NCBI GenBank assembly: GCA_964507075.1
Contig: CAZDOL010000004.1
Location: 1,177 to 13,629 of the forward strand
Source of the DNA: an uncultured Gammaproteobacteria bacterium
GTDB lineage: Bacteria; Patescibacteriota; Patescibacteriia; UBA2591; UBA6264
Direction: 5' to 3'
DNA: 12,453 nucleotides
Shown here piece by piece: positions 7,268 to 12,453 of this stretch (positions within the stretch are counted from its first letter, which is position 1; the number at the start of each line of letters is the position of its first letter). Position numbers and translations under genes: made by a program. The notes below the pieces were generated by a model that saw nothing but the letters and a program-made list of their open reading frames with translations, was not told where the DNA came from and made no database searches.

Positions 7268-7957
7268 TTATTTCATAAATTTTTTAACGTTTTTCCAAAT
7301 TTTATCTTCTATTTCTTGAATAGATAAAAGTTCTTCTTTCTCTACGCATTCAATTAGTTTGAATTGTCTGGGAAATAATTTTACCACCTCTAAGAAAGAT
7401 TTCTCTGCCTGCTCTAAGTGTTCGATATCCTGTTCGTGGATGTCTCTTTTTTTACCATGTAAATATTCTCTCTTGCCCTTATTGTCCACTAAATCGTAGG
7501 CAATCTTGGCGGGAACATGTAAAAAAATATTGATATCTGGTCTTGGTAGAGCTAAAATATTATATTCTAAATTATCAACCCATTTAAAAAATTTCTGACG
7601 AGCCAATTTGTTTCTAATCTTCGCGCCCTGATGACCTAAATTAGAAGCTACATATCTATTGGAAATAACTGTCTTGCCCTCTTCTAACCATTTCTTTGTT
7701 TTAGAAGACATGGCAAACCTATCTAAAGCATAAAAAAGAGAAGCCCTATAGGCTCCTACTTCTTTCCAACTGCCATATTTACCACTTAAATATTGCTCAA
7801 TAAAATAAGATGATGGCTTGCCATAACGTGGAAAATCTAAGGTGCGTACTTCAATTTTTTGCTTTCTGAGTTTTTTTAATAATTGCCAAAACTGAGCTGT
7901 TTTTCCAGAACCATCAGTCCCCTCCAGAACAATAAACTTTCCTCTTTTTTTCTTCAT
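7268..7957 (-). CDS. tmk: Thymidylate (dTMP) kinase
   Basis: The 229-aa ORF has the P-loop FIVLEGTDGSGKTAQ and DFPRYG, with the overall layout of the dTMP kinase family. Confidence 0.82.
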   Translation of the reverse strand: MKKKRGKFIVLEGTDGSGKTAQFWQLLKKLRKQKIEVRTLDFPRYGKPSSYFIEQYLSGKYGSWKEVGAYRASLFYALDRFAMSSKTKKWLEEGKTVISNRYVASNLGHQGAKIRNKLARQKFFKWVDNLEYNILALPRPDINIFLHVPAKIAYDLVDNKGKREYLHGKKRDIHEQDIEHLEQAEKSFLEVVKLFPRQFKLIECVEKEELLSIQEIEDKIWKNVKKFMK

Positions 7958-8027
7958 ATGATTATTTATTAAATGATAAATATTAATATGAGATAAATAA
8001 TTTTCAGAAAAGATTCACTGTTGCTGC

Positions 8028-8056
8028 AAAAAACAAACCCGACGGGTTTGTTTTTT
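8028..8056 (-). terminator. Strong intrinsic terminator after rplA (symmetric, potentially bidirectional)
   Basis: AAAAAACAAACCC-GAC-GGGTTTGTTTTTT is a perfect 13-bp palindromic stem with a 3-nt loop and a T6/A6 run on either side. It begins 8 nt after the rplA stop. Confidence 0.8.
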
Positions 8057-8064
8057 AAGATTGA

Positions 8065-8742
8065 TTATAGGGCAATTTTCAAAGCTGGGCCCATAGTAGA
8101 AGATAAAAATACTTTTTTGACAAAAATTCCCTTAACACCAACTGGTTTAAGTTTTTTGATTACATTTAGACATTCATCAATATTAGCCTTGATTTTTTCT
8201 TCATCCCAAGATATTTTAGCTACAGATTGATGAAGATTAGCGCCAGCATCATTTTTAAAAGTAATTTTACCCCCTCGTAATTCTTTAATTATAGCGGGAA
8301 CATCAATGCCAATTGTGCCTGTTTTTGGACTTGGCATTAGACCCTTAGGGCCCAAAATCTTAGCAATTTGAGCTAAATCTGCCATCAAATCAGGATGAGC
8401 AACAACTACATCACAAACGCAATTACCCTCTTCCTTAATTTTTTGAATAAGCTTTTTTCCTCCCACTAAATCAGCTCCTGCTTTTTCTGCTTCTTTTATC
8501 TTGCTTTCTTCCATAAAAGCAATAATTTTCCTTTTTTTCACTACTCCATGAGGTAAACTAATTGCGCCCCTTACTTGTTGTTCTGTTTTGCGAGGATTAA
8601 TTCCTAATTGAATATGTAGCTCTATGGTCTCGTCAAAACTAGAAAAAGTATTTTCTTTGATAATTTTTATAGCTTCTTCCAAAGAATAGCTTTTATTTTT
8701 GTCTATTTTTGATTTTATTTTTTGATATCTTTTACTCCGCAT
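8065..8742 (-). CDS. rplA: 50S ribosomal protein L1
   Basis: The 225-aa ORF reads ...FDETIELHIQLGINPRKTEQQVRGAISLPHG...MADLAQIAKILGPKGLMPSPKTGT..., canonical L1. It lies downstream of rplK. Confidence 0.95.
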   Translation of the reverse strand: MRSKRYQKIKSKIDKNKSYSLEEAIKIIKENTFSSFDETIELHIQLGINPRKTEQQVRGAISLPHGVVKKRKIIAFMEESKIKEAEKAGADLVGGKKLIQKIKEEGNCVCDVVVAHPDLMADLAQIAKILGPKGLMPSPKTGTIGIDVPAIIKELRGGKITFKNDAGANLHQSVAKISWDEEKIKANIDECLNVIKKLKPVGVKGIFVKKVFLSSTMGPALKIAL

Positions 8743-8817
8743 AAACGCTTCGCTTAGTTACTTGGTTAATTAGTTAATTAGGATCCAGATTACCTAAGTA
8801 CCCGATTACCCGATTGC
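8743..8817. repeat. Spacer element E2: second copy of the phased 8-nt-unit element, filling the rplK-rplA gap
   Basis: The plus strand reads GGTTAATT AGTTAATT AGG (8764-8782), then the spacer ATCCAGATT, then ACCTAAGT ACCCGATT ACCCGATT GCC (8792-8818). It shares TTGGTTAATT, GTTAATTAGG and TACCTAAGT with E1. Confidence 0.7.
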
Positions 8818-9243
8818 CTAATCTTCTACCTCTATGCCCATTTGTTGAGCGGTTCCAGATATAATTTTAACTGCTTGGTCTAAATTGTCGGTATTTAAAT
8901 CTGGTATTTTTATTTTAGCAATCTCTTTAATTTTAGATTTAGAAATATTTCCTACTTTTTTCTGTAAAGAATTTCCTGAACCTTTATCAATATTAATCGC
9001 TTTCTTTAAAAGATCAGTGGTTAAAGGAGTTTTGAGAATAAAACTGTAAGTGCGATCTTCATAAACGCTAATTTCAACCGGCAAAATATAACCAACCTGG
9101 TCCTTGCTTTTCTCGTTAAATTGCTGACAAAATTCTGAAATATTAAGACCATGCTGTCCTAATGCTGGGCCCACAGGAGGCGCAGGATTAGCTTGTCCAG
9201 CTTGAATTTGTAATTTAATAATAGATATAATTTTTTTTGCCAT
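8818..9243 (-). CDS. rplK: 50S ribosomal protein L11
   Basis: The 141-aa ORF reads MAKKIISIIKLQIQAGQANPAPPVGPALGQHGLNISEFCQQFN..., canonical L11. Confidence 0.95.
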   Translation of the reverse strand: MAKKIISIIKLQIQAGQANPAPPVGPALGQHGLNISEFCQQFNEKSKDQVGYILPVEISVYEDRTYSFILKTPLTTDLLKKAINIDKGSGNSLQKKVGNISKSKIKEIAKIKIPDLNTDNLDQAVKIISGTAQQMGIEVED

Positions 9244-9416
9244 ACTAAATTTGTCTAAATTTATGAGTTACGAAGTAACGAAAAAAATTTCGTTTCAAAT
9301 TTAAGTACCCTGTTAAATGTCGCCCTGCGACAATTTCGCTTTTAGCGAAATTATTTAACAGGGTAAAGGTTTTCTATCAAAAATTTCTATGTCTACGATT
9401 TAAAATTTTTGAGAAA
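9244..9416 (-). promoter_or_regulatory. Repeated structured leader element, copy 1 (upstream of rplK)
   Basis: By hand alignment, 9247-9365 matches 10162-10280 at 108 of 119 positions. The core 9308-9363 folds as three perfect helices (11, 8 and 5 bp). Further hairpins lie at 9267-9294 and 9378-9411. The element ends 3 nt before the rplK ATG. Confidence 0.6.
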
Positions 9417-9421
9417 GCCCT

Positions 9422-9967
9422 TTACAACTTTTTAATTTGCAAAAAATCAAGTTCAGTGGGCGTTTCCCGACCAAAAACCGAAATTAAAATTTTAACTCTT
9501 CCTCGCGCCTCATCAATAGAGGCAACTTTCCCTTCAAAACCCTTGAAGGGTCCATCAATAACCTTTACTGGCGCGTTAATCTTTATGTCAATTTTATATT
9601 TTGGCTCTTCTACTCCCATTCTCTTTTGAATGGTTTTAATTTCTTTTTCGTCCAAAGGAATGGGTGTTGTTCCAGAACCGATAAAACCAGTAACATTGGG
9701 GGTGTTGCGAACCACATACCAAGAATCATCAGTAACTATCATATCAACAATAACATAACCAGGAAAAATTTTCTCTACAACAATTTTTCGTTTACCGTTT
9801 CTTATTTTTATTCTTTTTTCTATTGGAACCAAAACATTAAAAATTTTATCTGACATTCGCATAGATTCGATTCTTTGACACAAACTATCAGCAACATTTT
9901 CCTCATAACCAGAATAAACGTGAATTGCATACCAACGCCGTCCTTCGTGTTGTATTTGCTTAGGCAT
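9422..9967 (-). CDS. nusG: Transcription termination/antitermination factor NusG
   Basis: The 181-aa ORF has an NGN domain (RWYAIHVYSGYEENV...FPGYVIVDM) and a KOW motif (GPFKGFEGKVASID). It lies between secE and rplK, as in the conserved cluster. Confidence 0.93.
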   Translation of the reverse strand: MPKQIQHEGRRWYAIHVYSGYEENVADSLCQRIESMRMSDKIFNVLVPIEKRIKIRNGKRKIVVEKIFPGYVIVDMIVTDDSWYVVRNTPNVTGFIGSGTTPIPLDEKEIKTIQKRMGVEEPKYKIDIKINAPVKVIDGPFKGFEGKVASIDEARGRVKILISVFGRETPTELDFLQIKKL

Positions 9968-9973
9968 AGAAAA

Positions 9974-10156
9974 TTATATTACTAATTGTAAAACTTTCGT
10001 TAAAATGAAATCAACTATCCCCAAAAAAAGCGCCATACCTAAACTGATTCCCACTACTAAAAAAGTGTGATTAATTGTTTGCTTCTTGGTTGGCCAATTC
10101 ACCTTCTTAAGTTCTATAACAGAATTCCTAAAATAATTAGATATTTTATTTGACAT
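9974..10156 (-). CDS. secE: Preprotein translocase subunit SecE (short, single-TM form)
   Basis: From the ATG at 10156 the product is MSNKISNYFRNSVIELKKVNWPTKKQTINHTFLVVGISLGMALFLGIVDFILTKVLQLVI (60 aa), which has the typical E(L/V)KKV.WP motif plus one TM helix. The ORF-track start at 10213 lies inside the repeated non-coding element, so I reject it. Confidence 0.8.
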   Translation of the reverse strand: MSNKISNYFRNSVIELKKVNWPTKKQTINHTFLVVGISLGMALFLGIVDFILTKVLQLVI

Positions 10157-10333
10157 ATACCAAATTTGTCTAAATTTACGAGTTACGAAGTAACGAAGGA
10201 AATTTCGTTTCAAATTTGAGTACCCTGTTAAATGCTACTCTGTAGCAATTTCGCTTTTAGCGAAATTATTTAACAGGGTAAGGTTTTGTTACTGAAAAAT
10301 CTTCACCCTACGGGTTTGATTTTCTCAGATAAA
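10157..10333 (-). promoter_or_regulatory. Repeated structured leader element, copy 2 (upstream of secE)
   Basis: This is the same element as 9244-9416. The three-helix core is at 10223-10278, with P3 changed by three compensatory pairs. The upstream hairpin is at 10294-10324. The element ends 5 nt before the secE ATG. Confidence 0.6.
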
Positions 10334-10343
10334 ATCCTTATTT

Positions 10344-10365
10344 TTAAAAAGACCCACGAGGCCTT
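10344..10365 (-). terminator. Possible intrinsic terminator after gyrB
   Basis: The minus-sense sequence AAGGCCU-CGU-GGGUCUU forms 7 bp, including two G-U pairs that only work on this strand, followed by UUUAAAAA. It lies about 45 nt after the gyrB stop. The stem is short. Confidence 0.4.
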
Positions 10366-10411
10366 AGTTATAAAATAACACATCCCCTCAATAAATGCAA
10401 TAGTGTGTGGG

Positions 10412-12445
<2,034 letters not shown>

Positions 12446-12453
12446 TTACAATT

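Noticed and set aside
8021-8230. A 69-aa plus-strand ORF.
   Set aside because: It starts in the terminator hairpin and runs antisense to the 3' end of rplA. It is a shadow ORF.
9308-9363. The three-helix core as a tRNA or tRNA-like gene (a tRNA often precedes secE in other bacteria).
   Set aside because: It has only two hairpin arms plus a closing stem. It has no T-loop (GTTCRANYC) or D-loop motifs, an 11-bp closing helix and no junction nucleotides. It is not a cloverleaf.
9626-9853. A 75-aa plus-strand ORF.
   Set aside because: It is antisense to nusG and is a shadow ORF.
10157-10213. An N-terminal 19-codon extension of secE (MKRNFLRYFVTRKFRQIWY).
   Set aside because: It is encoded by the repeated element, which is clearly non-coding upstream of rplK. 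The shorter product is a typical SecE.
10384-10411. The sequence abutting the gyrB stop (…AATGCAATAGTGTGTGGG) resembles the right arm of the 2989-3123 inverted repeat.
   Set aside because: Only about 11 nt are similar and no partner arm lies nearby. It may be a solo remnant or chance, so it is mentioned under the IR finding but not called as a feature.

Overview
AT-rich (about one-third G+C by eye), tightly packed bacterial housekeeping window with 17 protein genes, 15 on the minus strand. It holds pieces of conserved translation and transcription clusters joined to unrelated genes. These are infA-rpmJ-rpsM-rpsK-rpsD-rpoA-rplQ' (2933->1), murB plus an overlapping unknown membrane protein (4767->3149), corA-cysS on the plus strand (4900-7240), tmk (7957->7268), secE-nusG-rplK-rplA (10156->8065) and gyrB (12430->10412). 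TGA is used as a stop (murB), so the code is standard code 11. No start codon has a recognisable Shine-Dalgarno sequence. Low GC, small spacers, broken ribosomal clusters and no SD would fit a reduced-genome lineage such as Patescibacteria/CPR, but that is inference only. I saw no defence system, CRISPR array, tRNA/rRNA gene or transposase. The unusual signals are mostly non-coding. (1) A ~170-nt element is present twice, directly upstream of rplK and of secE. Its 56-nt core folds into a junction-free three-helix structure, and one helix differs between the copies by three compensatory base-pair swaps. (2) Two related spacer elements built from phased 8-nt units fill the rpmJ-rpsM and rplK-rplA gaps. 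(3) A 135-bp inverted-repeat element lies at the murB/infA synteny break. (4) RpoA has no alpha-CTD; a 58-aa Lys-rich tail, partly encoded by a perfect 12-bp tandem repeat, takes its place. All functional interpretations are hypotheses that need database and experimental checks.
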